Positions 37,051 through 50,603 are shown, counted from the stretch's first letter. The stretch is 53,186 bases of DNA from Octopus sinensis (GCF_006345805.1 NW_021833902.1:1-53186); one strand, 5' to 3'. Notes: a model not told the origin generated them from the sequence alone. Numbers and translations: made by a program.

Positions 37051-37290
37051 CAGTAAATAGTAGTAGACTTATTTCTATTTTCATCGACTCCGAAGTAATG
37101 AAAGGTAAATTTCACTTCGGTGGAATTCGAACCCAGAGCAGAAAGAGCCGGTGGAAATTGCACAAAATAATTTTAGCCAATTGCGACAACGATTCGACCC
37201 ACACGCCGCCTATTATGTCCATGTGCAAGGGTTTTTTTAAATGAAAGCACTTCAGGTTTCTCCGTGATATTCATAATTTATTTTGTATCT

Positions 37291-37501
37291 CTTATTTCTT
37301 TCAGTCATTAGACTGCGTCCATTTTTAGTCGAATATATCGACTCCAGTACTAATTATATCATTCTCTTTTGCCTAACCGCTAGGCACGGGCACATAAACA
37401 CAGTAATACCAGTGGTCAGACAGTGGTGAGAGACAAACAAACGCACACACACAAATATATATGTATGTATATCTATATCTATATCTTCTCTCTCTCTCTA
37501 T

Positions 37502-37571
<70 letters not shown>

Positions 37572-37757
37572 ATATATATATATATATTATATATATATGC
37601 ACGACGTGCTTCTTTCAGTTTCCTTCTACCAAATCCAATCGCAGGGTTTTGGTCGGCGCGAGGCTATAGTTGCAGACACTTAGTGAAGGTGCTATGCAGT
37701 GGGAATTAACCCGGAACCAGGTGGTTCGTAAGCAAGCTACTTACCACACAGCTACTT
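37291..37757 (-). mobile_element. SINE family A, diverged
   Basis: Homology to family A, with an internal (TC)n(TCTA)n(TA)n tract. Confidence 0.8.
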
Positions 37758-37791
37758 CGTTAATAAACTTAGCTAAAAGAAAATAAATATA

Positions 37792-37953
37792 GGCGCAGAC
37801 GTGGGTGTGTGGCCAGAAGCTTCTTTCCCAACCACATGATTCTGGGTTCAGTCCCACTGTACAGTACCTTGGGCAAGTGCCGTCTGCTATATCTTCGGGC
37901 CGACCAAAGAGATGTGAGTCGATTTGGTAGAAGGAAACTGAAAGAAGCCCATC

Positions 37954-37992
<39 letters not shown>

Positions 37993-38216
37993 CATATATG
38001 TGTATGTATGCATGTGCGGATGTGTGTATCTATGTATGTATTTGTCCCCTCCCCACCATCGCTTCACAACCGATCTTGGTGTGTTTTAGCGGTGCGGCAA
38101 AAGAGAGCGATAGAATAAGTACTAGTCTTACAAAGAATAAGTCGTGGGGTTGATTTGTTCGACTAAAGGTGGTGCTCCAGCATGGTGGCAGCCAGATGAC
38201 TGAAACAAGTAAAAGA
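37792..38216 (+). mobile_element. SINE family A, full length
   Basis: ggcgcagacgtgggtgtgtgg...gggttcagtccc...gaaacaagtaaaag. Confidence 0.85.
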
Positions 38217-38299
38217 ATTAAACACACACACATATCCACGGAACTTTCATATTGGTTTTGTCAACGAAATTCTATGCAGAAAGCTGTGCACACATGTCC

Positions 38300-38372
38300 G
38301 AAGCGTCACACTCTGGTATCGAACGCAGAAGGTTTTGACTGCAAAGCTGGCATCTTTAACCACGCAGCCAAT
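38300..38372 (-). mobile_element. Isolated tRNA-like SINE head
   Basis: Minus strand tggctgcgtggttaa (A box) and gcgttcgatacc (B box). Confidence 0.45.
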
Positions 38373-39691
38373 GTTCGTATTCCTCTAGAAGTCTGTCTGG
38401 CTGCCAAATATCCTCCATGGTGCTTTAGATGTTTGAAACCATTGGGTTTCTCTGCTGTGGAGTTATTTCACAAGAGACAACAATTTTCACGGTTCTGCAG
38501 TCTGCCAAATCTTCGAATGCAACTGGCGTTTTCTTCTCTTCTGCTACTACTGCTGCCGCTGCTGCTGCTGCTGCCGCAACAGAAGCACCATTATCATCGA
38601 ACGACACCCTCCTCCACCACCGACACCTTACTCTTTTGCATCATCAGCATCATTAACATCAGCAGCAACTGCCTCCTGTACGACGGCGTGACCACGACGA
38701 CCACGACCGCCACCATCACTACCAACACCACAACAACTAACTACTACTGCAACCACAACTACTACCACCAGCGCCGCCACAACTACCTCGTCATCAGCAG
38801 CACTATCAACCACACTACTACTACTACTACTACTACGACTACTACTACTATTACTACTACTACTACTACAACTACTATTACTACTACTACTGCCGCCGCT
38901 GCTGCTTCTATTACTATTACTATTACTACTAGTGCTGCTGATACTACTACTACTACTACTACTACTGCTGCTGCTGATATTACTGCTCCTACTCCTACTG
39001 CTGCTGCTGATATTACTGCTCCTACTGCTGCTGCTGCTGCTACTACTACTACTACTACTACTAAGACTACTCTACTATTACTACTACTGCTACAGCTGCT
39101 GCTGCTCTGCAATGTATTATAAACTTCTTTTTTCTTAGCTATTGTTATTCTTTTGAACTTCATAAATATGTAATGCCACCGACACCACCATCAGTAACAA
39201 CAACAGCAACAACAACAACAACAACAACAACAATAATAATAATAACAATAACAATGATAATGATAATATTGGAAATAATCGTTGTTGTTGCTATCAACCT
39301 TAGGGATCTCTATTCCTCCTTGAGGAATCTGCAGTTCATCCTTCGTCAAATTATCGTGCACCCCCTTTTTTTCTTTTATTTGTTATGCACATCTTCCGCA
39401 TCCTTCACCGCCACACCATTTTGCTGGTTTCCAAAGAAACCTAATGATACATCGAGTAAAGGTTTTTTTTCTCTACACACCTCCCCTCAGTGTCGCCCTC
39501 CTGCCGTCCCTCCTCCTCTCTCGTTTCTCATCGCCTTGACAACGATCTCTTGGGAATCGTTCTCCAGTTCTACGAGTTCTTCTCTATCGATAGTGATAGC
39601 TATATAAGATTAGCTTCTCTCTTTTTTTCTCTTTGTTTCCTTTTATAACTCGAGGTTACCTCCCTGGATTAATCAATGCTTGTCTCTTTTC

Positions 39692-39729
<38 letters not shown>

Positions 39730-40487
39730 CACGAAACTTTTCTTTTTGAAGATAGTTATCCTGTTGTTTCTTCTGCTTAGAATTCTTAAAATAATGCTAT
39801 TTTCTAACTTTACTATTCTGTTGCTTCCTCCAAACATTTTTTAAACAATTTTTCCTTATTTTTCTTATCCTCTTCACTAATTCTAATTACAAACTTATTT
39901 ATAATTTACAATATAATACTTCAACGTCTAGGTCTACCATATCAATACATATTATTTTTTAGTGTTCCTTCACTGGGGGTTAAACACCAAGAATTAATAA
40001 TATTTCTTTCTCAGTTCCAAGCTTGCTTGTTCTTTCTGAAGACTTTGTGTGCTTTATTACATTTATTCCGTTTCATATTTTCCTTGAAGTCTTTGCGCAA
40101 ATGGCGTCGACTTTTCTCTTTATATAATGTCTTAATGACATTTACTACACAGACTTTACAGCAGTGTTGCCAATTCACATTAAATGATTTACCTTCTTTT
40201 CGCTATTCTTGGTGCGTACAAACAAGAAATATATATCAGCTAAGAACATCCCGTTTATTTTCAGACGTTGTCTAATGCTGCAACGGAAACGTGTCAACGA
40301 GCAGGTGGCAATGGGTGCAACGAATATTTCAACACCGAACAATAAATGCTTAAAACGAGGTTTGCATAGTTTTTAATGTTTGAAATGACTAATGGGTCGG
40401 AACTTTTAAATCCAGACAAGATGTATTTTTCGATGTGCGGACACACGGAAAAAGTCTCGTTTGTGGATGGGGATGATGTTGATGATA

Positions 40488-40686
40488 ATGATGGTGATGA
40501 TGATGATGATGATGATGACGACAACGATGACGACGACGATGATGATGTGATGACGACGACGACCTCGACGATGATGATTACGATGATAATAATGATGGTG
40601 ATGACGATGATGATCATGATGATGATGCTGATAACGACGACGACCTCGACGATGATGATTACGATGATAATAATGATGGTGATGAC

Positions 40687-40718
<32 letters not shown>

Positions 40719-40755
40719 CGACGACGATGATAATGATGATGATTACGATGATGAT
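40488..40755. repeat. (GAT/GAC)n array with an 81-bp internal duplication
   Basis: gacctcgacgatgatgattacg at 40561 and 40642. Confidence 0.9.
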
Positions 40756-41320
40756 GGGGACATTTATGTGCCGACCAATATTTGTCTTGCGCTTTCTGAA
40801 CGTCACATCTGCGTATGTCAGGATAACAGAAGATAGCACTGGTTCAGTAACTGAACAGGTTGATCATGACCATTGATACTAAAAAGAAAACAAGAAAAAA
40901 AACAAAAAAAAAAAATGTCAGTATGTTGTCTTGAAAATAACTGCTAAAGAACTTAAGAATCTCCAACGATGACATAAATTCCAGGAATGAGATATTTTCG
41001 GACTGCCTCTACTTCAATAAATACATCCTGTTGGAAACCAAAAGTAGAGTACCGAACACTTAGTACCACTTTGCTTATATCTGTTTGACATCGAATTATT
41101 GTATTACTAATCATCTCCTTCGGGTTTTCTTCTTGTCTTCTTTCTTAACAGCGTTTCTTGTTTCAAGGTCATCTGCTCAAAAAAACAACTGACAAGCAAC
41201 AAACAGTCTTGTCTTTAACTTGAAAAATGGCGAAATAACTTATCCAGACCAGGAAACCCTAAGTAGCTGTATTTAACAAGATTTGTGATGTCTATATTAT
41301 AGCAGTGTATACTTACATGC

Positions 41321-41420
<100 letters not shown>

Positions 41421-41896
41421 CATACAATATAATAATATAATATATATATATATATATATATGTATGTTATATAGGTATGTATATAGTTTACTGTTTCATT
41501 ATGTGTAGGACCAACACAAAGGTCTGTATCGAATGCGATATAATATGATGTAATATACATGCAAGAATAAAAGAACTATTAGTTGTTTCATGCTTTAAGG
41601 TACGTTATCAACTGAGCCTGGAAGATCGCTTGGAGGTTCATGGCGTGTTATACAAATCTGCCAATTTAAGGTACCTTAAAACATGAAGCTGCTAGTAGCT
41701 CTTTGGAATTGTGTATTTTAAATGATATATATGTGTGTGTGTGCGCGTGTGCGTGTTGGTATATATACATACATACATACATACACACGTATGTACGTAC
41801 ATACATACATACATACATACATACACACATACATACATACGTACATACATACATACATACATACATACATACATACATACATAGCCACTACACACA

Positions 41897-42047
41897 TTTT
41901 TTTCTCTCCTTGATTTTTCTATATCCCTTTCTGTAGAAGAGCGTAGGCTCGAAACGTAAAAGACTTTTTCTATTCGTGAGAGTAGAGTATGCTAATACAT
42001 CTGTTTGTTTGTACAGCACCTGTCTTCGTCTTTGTTTTTTTCATAAA

Positions 42048-42050
<3 letters not shown>
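41897..42050 (+). mobile_element. Penelope-type pseudo-LTR fragment
   Basis: Carries a hammerhead motif followed by a T-rich tail ending at (TC)n(TA)n. Confidence 0.55.
41927..41962 (+). ncRNA. Minimal type I hammerhead motif, third family (A6>U)
   Basis: CUUU-CUGUAGA-A-GAGC(GUAG)GCUC-GAAA-C|G-U-A-AAAG. Confidence 0.6.
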
Positions 42051-42083
<33 letters not shown>

Positions 42084-42456
42084 TATATATATATATAATA
42101 TTATATATATATATATATATTATTATTATATATATATATGTATATAGTAAGAGAAGTGGAGCCGGTTTATCGAACAGCTTGCAGTTATTGTGATGAAAAT
42201 TCTGACACCAGAATAATAAATAAATGAGTGAAGTAAACAGTTTTCAGTTTTTGTATGTTTTTGAATGGCTACTGTGTGTCTTTTACGCTGCAATCGTCTA
42301 GTTTCAAAAACACAGTCTCACATCTTATCAACCACAGATATATCTTGAAAAGCCTACTATATAATTTGGCGGATAAAAGAAAGATGAAGATATAGTGTTT
42401 TTCTCCCATAAACATCTGACAACAAAAAACCCCCCAACACAAACGCAAACGCATAC

Positions 42457-42511
<55 letters not shown>

Positions 42512-42827
42512 CACAAATAAACAAGATTCGACAGGTCAAGTAATGCTAGACATACTTTTCAAACGGCGTCTTAGGTTTTCTTTTTTTGTTTCTCTTAAAT
42601 TTCCTTAATTGTATTCTAACTGTGACCTAATCCCAGAATTAGTGTTGCAAATTTGGCTTAAATCATTTAGAAGCCGTTCTGCTATTTTCATGTTTATCCT
42701 GTTGCGGCTTTGAAGAGCAAATTTCTATTCCCACGCAAAGTCAGCAGTGTAATTTTAAATATAATTCTCTCCGATAATGCTATTTTTATACACAGCATCT
42801 CATATACATATATACATACATACAGAC

Positions 42828-42858
<31 letters not shown>

Positions 42859-43021
42859 AATACAGTCTTACGCACATATAAAGGTGTATATACATACAGG
42901 CATACATATCTATGTATATGTATATATTATATATATATATATAATATGTGTGTGTGTGTGTATGTATGTATATGATGAAAAATGAAAGGGAGAATATGAG
43001 ATGATGTGTATAAAATAGCAT

Positions 43022-43068
<47 letters not shown>

Positions 43069-43139
43069 TGTTGGTTACATACCATATATATATATATATA
43101 TAATATATTATATATTATATATATATATATAGATACATT

Positions 43140-43173
<34 letters not shown>

Positions 43174-43270
43174 AATATATATATATATAATATGTATATA
43201 TCCAAATGTGTGTGTATGTTGATTCTACTGTTGAAGTGAGCCAGTATATATACATTGTGTATACATATAT

Positions 43271-43312
<42 letters not shown>

Positions 43313-44565
43313 TTAATATATATCTATATATATATATATATATATATATATGTTATATATATATTATAATATATATATACATATAAATATGTACACGTGT
43401 GTATAGAAGTATAGGTATGTGTGTATGCATGTGTATGCGTGTGTTCATGTGTATACACGTGCGTGCGCTGCGCACGTCTGTGTGTGTGTGCACGTGTGTG
43501 TGCGCACACAATAGCATCATTGTTTACAATTTTCTTTTCATGGTTTGTCGATGGGTCTGTTGATTGCGCAGACTGGAAACATCGATCTAATAGTCACTTA
43601 TGATTGATCATAAGTATAATGTCTGCTCTTGTATAGACAACTCGATGCTTCTATTTAGCTTCTGATTTGGTTATTTGTATGTCTTCATACATGCATACAT
43701 ACATCATAAATACATACTACATACCATAATACATACATACATACATACCTACTACATATATATATATATATATATATAATATATATATGTATATGTATAT
43801 ATTGTATTTGGGTTATAGTGGATCAGCTTATTGCTACCATTCGTTCAAGTCGGCCATTTTGTGTTTTTATATGCTTGGCATAGATTCAATGTTGTATATT
43901 TTGGTAGTTTCAACATCGTTATGTCGTGTTTCATAGATATTTTGTTTCAGAATTAGTATCGATCGTGCCGTTTCTATGTCATTATTTGTGATGTACGTAC
44001 GTACTTACATACATGCTTATAGGCATAGATACATAAACACACATATGCATTCATACACATACATGCATACACATAGAAATATATACATATACATGCATAC
44101 ATACAATCATACAAATAGACATACATATAAACATATATATATATACAAACGCACATATATACATAATATATACATTCTAAATACAGGCATACATACAATC
44201 ATGCATACATACATACAAACATGCAAACAAACATAAATATATATACATATACACATACATATATACGCGCATACAATCATATACATATACATATATACAT
44301 TCATACATGCAATCATAGATGCATATATACATACAGACACATGCTTACATACATATACATACAGACATACATGCACACATACATACAAACATGCATGCTT
44401 GCATACAATAATAAAAATATATATATAAACATACATACATACAATCGTATAAATATACATATATACATAATACAATACAGGCATACATACATACAGACAT
44501 ACAAACATGCATGAATATAATCGCATAAATATATATACATACATACAATACATACATCCATATAA

Positions 44566-44692
44566 GGCGGCCGGGTGGCAGAATTGCTTACAAGCCGGAC
44601 AAAATGCTTGGTGACATTTTGTCCGTCTTTATATTCTGAGTTCATGTACCGAAATGGCGTTTTACTTTCAACCTTTCGTTGTCGACGTAAGT
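44566..44692 (+). mobile_element. SINE family B, 5' part
   Basis: ggcggccgggtggcagaa...ctgagttca...ctttcaacctttcgttgtcga. Confidence 0.65.
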
Positions 44693-44761
44693 AGAAAGTT
44701 GTATGCTCATACGCTAAGTTCCCAAGTCGCTCCGCGTTGCATCTTGGGTATATGTCTTCTA

Positions 44762-45137
44762 GGAGGCGCAATGACCCAGTGGTTAGGGCAGCGGACTCGC
44801 GGTCGTAGGATCGCGGTTTCGATTCCCTGACCGGGCGTTGTGAGTGTTTATTGAACGAAAACACCTAAAAAGGCTCCGGCAGGGATGGTGGTGATCCCTG
44901 CTGTACTCTTTCACCGCAACTTTCTCTCACTCTTACTTCTTGTTTCTGTTGTACCTGTATTTCAAAGGGCTGGCCTTGTCACTCTCTGTGTCACGCTGAA
45001 TATCCCCGAGAACTACGTTAAGGGTACACGTATCTGTGGAGTGCTCAGCCACTTACACGTTAATTTCACGAGCAGGCTGTTCCGTTGATTCGGATCAACC
45101 GGAACCCTCGTCGTTGTAACCGACGGAGTGCTTCCAT
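44762..45137 (+). mobile_element. tRNA-derived SINE family C, full length
   Basis: A box tgacccagtgg and B box ggtttcgattcc. About 90% identical to 46656-47039. Confidence 0.85.
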
Positions 45138-45138
45138 A

Positions 45139-45443
45139 TGTCTTCTAATATTACCTCGGGCCAAACAAAGATTTGTGAGTAGATTTGATAGTTTTCTGTC
45201 AAATATATGTGTGTGTGTGTGGGGGGGGGGGTGCGTATATACATGTGTGCATGTCTTTCTGTTTCTGTCTATTCATCAAATGCCTGAGAACCGGTGTTGG
45301 CTTGCTCATGTCCTTAGACTTAGCGGCTTAGCAAAAGTGACTAATAAAATAAATACTGGACATTAAAGAAATGATAAGAACTGGCGTCGTTTTGCCCCAG
45401 CATGGCCAGCAGTCCAATACATGAAACGAGTAAAAGTTAAAAG
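45139..45443 (+). mobile_element. SINE family A, headless and diverged
   Basis: tgtcttcta...cctcgggcc...ttagcggc..gcaaaag...ccccagcatggcc. Confidence 0.7.
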
Positions 45444-45724
45444 CTTCACGCACACACGCGTGTGTGTGTCTATATATCTTTGTATGCATATATACACACA
45501 AACACACACACGCATATATATATACACACATACATTATATATATATATACATGTAGGTACGTATGTATATATATATATGTGTATGTGTGTGTTTGTGTGT
45601 ATGTATATATATATATATATTTATATATACATATGAGTGTGTGTATGTATGTATATGTATAAATATACGTGTATACATACATACATACATACACATATAT
45701 ATATATATCTATATATATCTATAT

Positions 45725-45752
45725 CTATCTATTATCTATCTATCTATCTATG

Positions 45753-45819
<67 letters not shown>

Positions 45820-45833
45820 ATATCTATCTATCA

Positions 45834-45897
<64 letters not shown>

Positions 45898-45939
45898 GTC
45901 TATCTATCTATCTATCTACTTATCCATCTATCTATCTAA

Positions 45940-45974
<35 letters not shown>

Positions 45975-45980
45975 CCTATT

Positions 45981-46040
<60 letters not shown>
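45725..46040. repeat. (TCTA)n array of about 315 bp
   Basis: Direct reading. Confidence 0.95.
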
Positions 46041-46453
46041 ATATGATATACTATATATATATATATGATATACTATATATACATATATATATGATATACT
46101 TGTGCGTCTGTTTCTGTGATTGAGTGCGTATGTGTGAGTGTGAGTGTGAATGTTGTTGTTATTGTCTGTGTCGTGTTCCAGTCGGAGGTCGATGACATTG
46201 TAGTGAAGTGCAGTATTCGGTTTCTGGTGATTCCACAGCGATTAATAATGCAAACCCGTGGCGTCCCTGAGATGTTATGTATTCTGTGAGATCGATAGAA
46301 ATGTGTACAACAGTGAAATATTCATTGAGGTCTCTATGATGGAATAAATATTTGAAGGCCATTCACTGGTGCGGCCCAATCACTGAGCTGAATAATGGTA
46401 TGAGAGAATATAGGTAACTTCTTCATCTCTCATTGGTTCTCTCTTCCTAGTAT

Positions 46454-46500
<47 letters not shown>

Positions 46501-46542
46501 CCCACACACACACGACGCCCACACATACACCTGCACACACAC

Positions 46543-46574
<32 letters not shown>

Positions 46575-46655
46575 TTATATAAATATACACCTATGTACAT
46601 ACTTATAAATATATATATATGCATACACAACACGCTCACACACACATACACATGG

Positions 46656-47039
46656 ATGGAAGTACTCCGTCGGTTACGACGATGAGGGTTCCGGTTGATC
46701 CGAATCAACGGAACAGCCTGCTCGTGAAATTAACGTGTAAGTGGCTGAGCACTCCACAGTCACGTGCACCCTTAACGTAGTTCTCCGGGATATTCAGCGT
46801 GACACAGAGTGTGACAAGGCTGGCCCTTTGAAATACAGGTACAACAGAAACAGGAAGTAAGAGTGAGAGAAAGTTGTGGTGAAAGAGTACAGCAGGGATC
46901 ACCACCACCCACTGCCGGAGCCTCGTGGAGCTTTAAGTGTTTTCGGTCAATAAATACACACAACGCCCGGTCTTGGAATCGAAACCGCGATCCTATGACT
47001 GCGAGTCCGCTGCCGTAACCACTGGGCCATTGCGCCTCC
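46656..47039 (-). mobile_element. SINE family C, full length, inverted relative to 44762-45137
   Basis: Manual reverse-complement alignment. Confidence 0.85.
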
Positions 47040-47098
47040 ACACACATACACATACATACACAAACACACACATATACGATTTTACTTGTTATCTATGA

Positions 47099-47513
47099 AC
47101 TGTCTCAGTCAATTAGACTGCGGCCATGCTGGGGCATCACCTTGAAATATTATTAGTCTCATGAATTGACTCCAGTACTTATATAGACCGGTAAATATTC
47201 CATCGGTATCTTTTGCCGAACTGCTACGTTATAGGGAGGAAAACATACCAACACCAGTCGTTAAAGCGGTAACGAGGAAGAAATACTGGCACAAAAGAAC
47301 ACATGCGTACATACGTATATGCACACTCACACATACACTCTCTCTCACACACACACACACATACATATATATGTATACGGCGGGTTTCTTTCAGTTTTCT
47401 TCTACCAAATCCATTCAAAAGGCTTTGGTCGGTCGGAGGCTACAGTAGAATAATCTTGCTCAGTGTCATGCTGTGTGACTGAACCCGAAACCATGTGGTT
47501 GGGAAGCAAACTA
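47099..47513 (-). mobile_element. SINE family A, diverged
   Basis: Homology to family A. Confidence 0.75.
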
Positions 47514-47641
47514 CTTTATTGAGGTCTCTATCTACCTCTATCCATCCATCCATCCATCCATCCATCATCCATTCATCCATCCATCCATCCATCCATCCAT
47601 CCATTCATCCATCCATCCATCTATCCGTCCAGCCGTCCATC

Positions 47642-47721
<80 letters not shown>

Positions 47722-47840
47722 GAGACACACCGGACCGACTTGCCCGAGATGCAGTCAGAGAGACGAAACCGTTCTGCACGCACTGACCTGTGGGCTTACG
47801 CCGAACGGCTGCTGTCACATGTGGGACGAGTCCGCCTGCC
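47722..47840 (+). mobile_element. Tx1/L1-like ORF2 C-terminal zinc-knuckle remnant
   Basis: [18 protein letters not shown], then in a shifted frame [18 protein letters not shown]. Confidence 0.55.
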
Positions 47841-48254
47841 TAGCTCTGGAATTAAACCCACGGCATTATGATCGTGAATCGAGTACTCACAAACCTTTAG
47901 GCCACGCGCATTCTCCTGTAATCTATCATATACAGTAAAATCAGTGGAGCAGCGAATGTCCTGAGATCAAATATTATTAAAAAAATTATAATGCAATAAT
48001 TTATTAATTTTATATTAGAAAACGAAATCACACGTAATGAAACGTAAAACAACCTCTGTAATAAATAACATATATATTAAAATTGTGCCTGACACAGCGA
48101 AAGTCTTTTATACTTTATATTATCAAAGCTATATTTTATGTGGTAAAACCTTGTTATAATTTAAATAATAAAGCAATATTTCATGGCGAAAACTGAGAAG
48201 AATTTATGTTTTTTTAGAAAACAATATTTTACATAGGAAAACTAACTTTAAAAA

Positions 48255-48915
48255 TATTGTGTTGCGTCGAAAGTTTTGCAATATTTTTATAAGTAATTTG
48301 CTTTGTTCGTCAGTTTTACAACAAAAGCCGGCTAGCATTGACAGTCGTGGCCATCATGTTGCACCATCGAAAGCCATCTTTTTGCTAGTTCTTTTATTCC
48401 ATGCTGACACCAGTTCTTGTTCTTCGAAGTGAAGAACTCCTTCAGTGAAGCTTCCAGTTCCTCGTGATTGATGACGCATTACAATCGCAGGAAGAGAGCT
48501 ATGAATGAGAACAAGTAATAATTCGAGGAGGCTGGACCCAGACTATGTGCTGGGTGTGGTATCGGTTCGATTCCCTCAAGTTCCTGGAGTTTTTCCCTGG
48601 TCGATCGAGAGGCATGAAGTCTCGTGTTGTTTTGCTAGAGAAGAGTTGGCTTTCTGTTTACCAATGCCGGGTATTTTTGCCGCACGATATCATACATCCA
48701 TTCTAGAAGTTCAGAGTACAGTTTGGTATCGCTGCTTCGACCATCCGCAACAAACGCGTAGGGAGTTATCCCTGCATAATCCTACTGAATGCAGAGCATC
48801 ATCTTGTGAGCGAAACGCCCAGGTTTGGCGACAGGTTCTGAAAGCTGGCCCTTTGCTTAACCACTGCTTATGCGCCTTAGGAATGCCCGAAAAAAATCCT
48901 CCCCGGATTATTACA
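48255..48915 (-). mobile_element. Mariner remnant: catalytic domain, C-terminus and one TIR
   Basis: KQWLSKG..PVAKPGRFAHKMMLC, KYPALVNRK..QNNTRLH (DNARPH-like), IPHPAHSLGPASSNY (HPAYSPDLAPSDY-like) and GIKELAKRW. TA plus a TIR-like end at 48255. Confidence 0.85.
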
Positions 48916-48924
48916 TATTCTAAT

Positions 48925-49085
48925 CCATGACTCAATTCCTGCACTCGCAACACTTCATCAACAAAGAAAATGCGGGAGCTTCAATGAAGGAGTTCTCCAC
49001 CTTGAAGGAGAAGAACTTGTATCAACATGGAATCAAAGAACTGGCAGAAAGGTGGCTTCAGATGGTGCAACCCGATGGCCTCTAC
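48925..49085 (+). mobile_element. Second mariner C-terminal fragment, inverted relative to the first
   Basis: MTQFLHSQHFINKENAGASMKEFSTLKEKNLYQHGIKELAERWLQMVQPDGLYF. Confidence 0.8.
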
Positions 49086-49086
49086 T

Positions 49087-49858
49087 TTTTGTTGGCACGC
49101 CGGGCAAAATACTGCTAAGTATTTCGTCCATAGCTACGTTCTGAGTTCAAATTCCGCTTAGGTGCACTTTGCCTGTCATCCGTTCGGGATCGATTAAATA
49201 AGTATCAGTTACGCACTCGGGTCGATGTAATCGACTTAATCCACTCTTTCAAGCTCCGCTTGTGGCAAAGTTTAAAGGCGGCGAGCTGGCAGAAATATTA
49301 GCACGCCGGGCGAAATGCGTAGCCGTATTTCGTCCGCCGTTACGCTCTGAGTTCAAATTACGCTGAGGTCGACTTTGCCTTTCATCCTTTCGGGGTCGAT
49401 TAAATAAGTACCAGTTACGCACTGGGGTCGATATAATCGACTTAATCCGTTTGTCTGTCCTTGTTTGTTCTCTCTGTCTTTAGCCCTTTATGGGTAGAAA
49501 AGAAATAGGTATTTCGTCTCCCGTTACGTTCTGAGATCAAATTCCGCCGAGTTCGACTTTGCTTTCATCTTTTCGGGGTCGATAAATTAAGTACCAGTTA
49601 CGCACTGGTTTCGATGTAATCGACTTAATACCTTTGTCTGTCCTTGTTTGTCCCCACGATGTTTAGCCCCTTGTGAGTAATAAAGAAACAGGTATTTCTT
49701 CTGCCGCTACGTTCTGAGTTCAAATTCCGCCGACGTCGACTTTGTCTTTCTTCCCTTCAGGGTCGATAAATTAAGTACCAGTGAAACAGTGGGGTCGATA
49801 TAAACGAATGGTCCCTTCCCCCAAAATTTCATGCTTTGTGCTTTTAATAGAAATGGTT
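49087..49858 (+). mobile_element. SINE family B cluster: a degenerate monomer (49087-49230) plus a headed trimer (49277-49858)
   Basis: gtatttc.tc unit starts at 49325, 49509 and 49692 (184 and 183 bp periods). Confidence 0.85.
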
Positions 49859-49869
49859 ATCACCCCAGG

Positions 49870-50130
49870 GCATTACTGTCTTCAGTCCTGGGACTCACAA
49901 GGCCGAGTATCCCGTGTCCATTGCTTATAGATGACCAGGATCAAATCATTTACTCCTTGAACGAGACGCCAGTCTGTGGCAATGATACTTATTTGCAGCT
50001 GAATGAACTGAAGCGTTTTTCATCAACAACACAAAGCACCACCCGGTCTGGTCTGGTCTGGTCCGGGAATCGAAATCACAATCTTGCTATCGCGAGCACA
50101 ACACCATTAACTACTTGGCCAGGCGTCTTC
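49870..50130 (-). mobile_element. SINE family D, diverged
   Basis: Minus strand tggccaagtagttaa...atttcgattcccggacc...gactggcgtctcgttcaagg. Confidence 0.6.
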
Positions 50131-50300
50131 GTAACTTATATAATAAAACATCAATGTAGATGCTACAATGTTTTTTTTTTGTTTTTTGTTTTTGTCCTTT
50201 AGTTCTTTTCTCTTTTCTCTTTTGGTCACCTTTAAGAGTAGTCTGGTTTTAGATTGCAGATTGACAGCGGCTGACACTTCACTATCTGTCAGCAATACTA

Positions 50301-50338
<38 letters not shown>

Positions 50339-50560
50339 TGGTGTTCTTTCTTGCTTCCCTGCCAGAGTCGAGTCGATAGCTGACCATATCTAATTCGATG
50401 TCGCTACTATCGTTCGATCACTTCATTGCTTGTCACGAAAATGTCTATTTGTCTTTAGCTAAAAATAATTACACGAGGACACTGATAAAGGAATTTGAGT
50501 GAGTGTCCAGACCTAACCAACCCAGTCACCATTCCATCTTCTTCTTCCCTCTTCTCTCCA

Positions 50561-50603
<43 letters not shown>

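Noticed and set aside
38169-39122. Longest ORF in the window (317 aa)
   Set aside because: It starts at GTG inside a SINE tail, crosses an antisense tRNA-like head and ends in (ACT)n. No domain is recognisable.
48505-48930. 141-aa plus-strand ORF
   Set aside because: It is antisense to the decayed mariner transposase.
49277-49858. CRISPR-like or satellite array
   Set aside because: The units are whole SINE bodies without unique spacers, the context is eukaryotic, and no cas genes are present.
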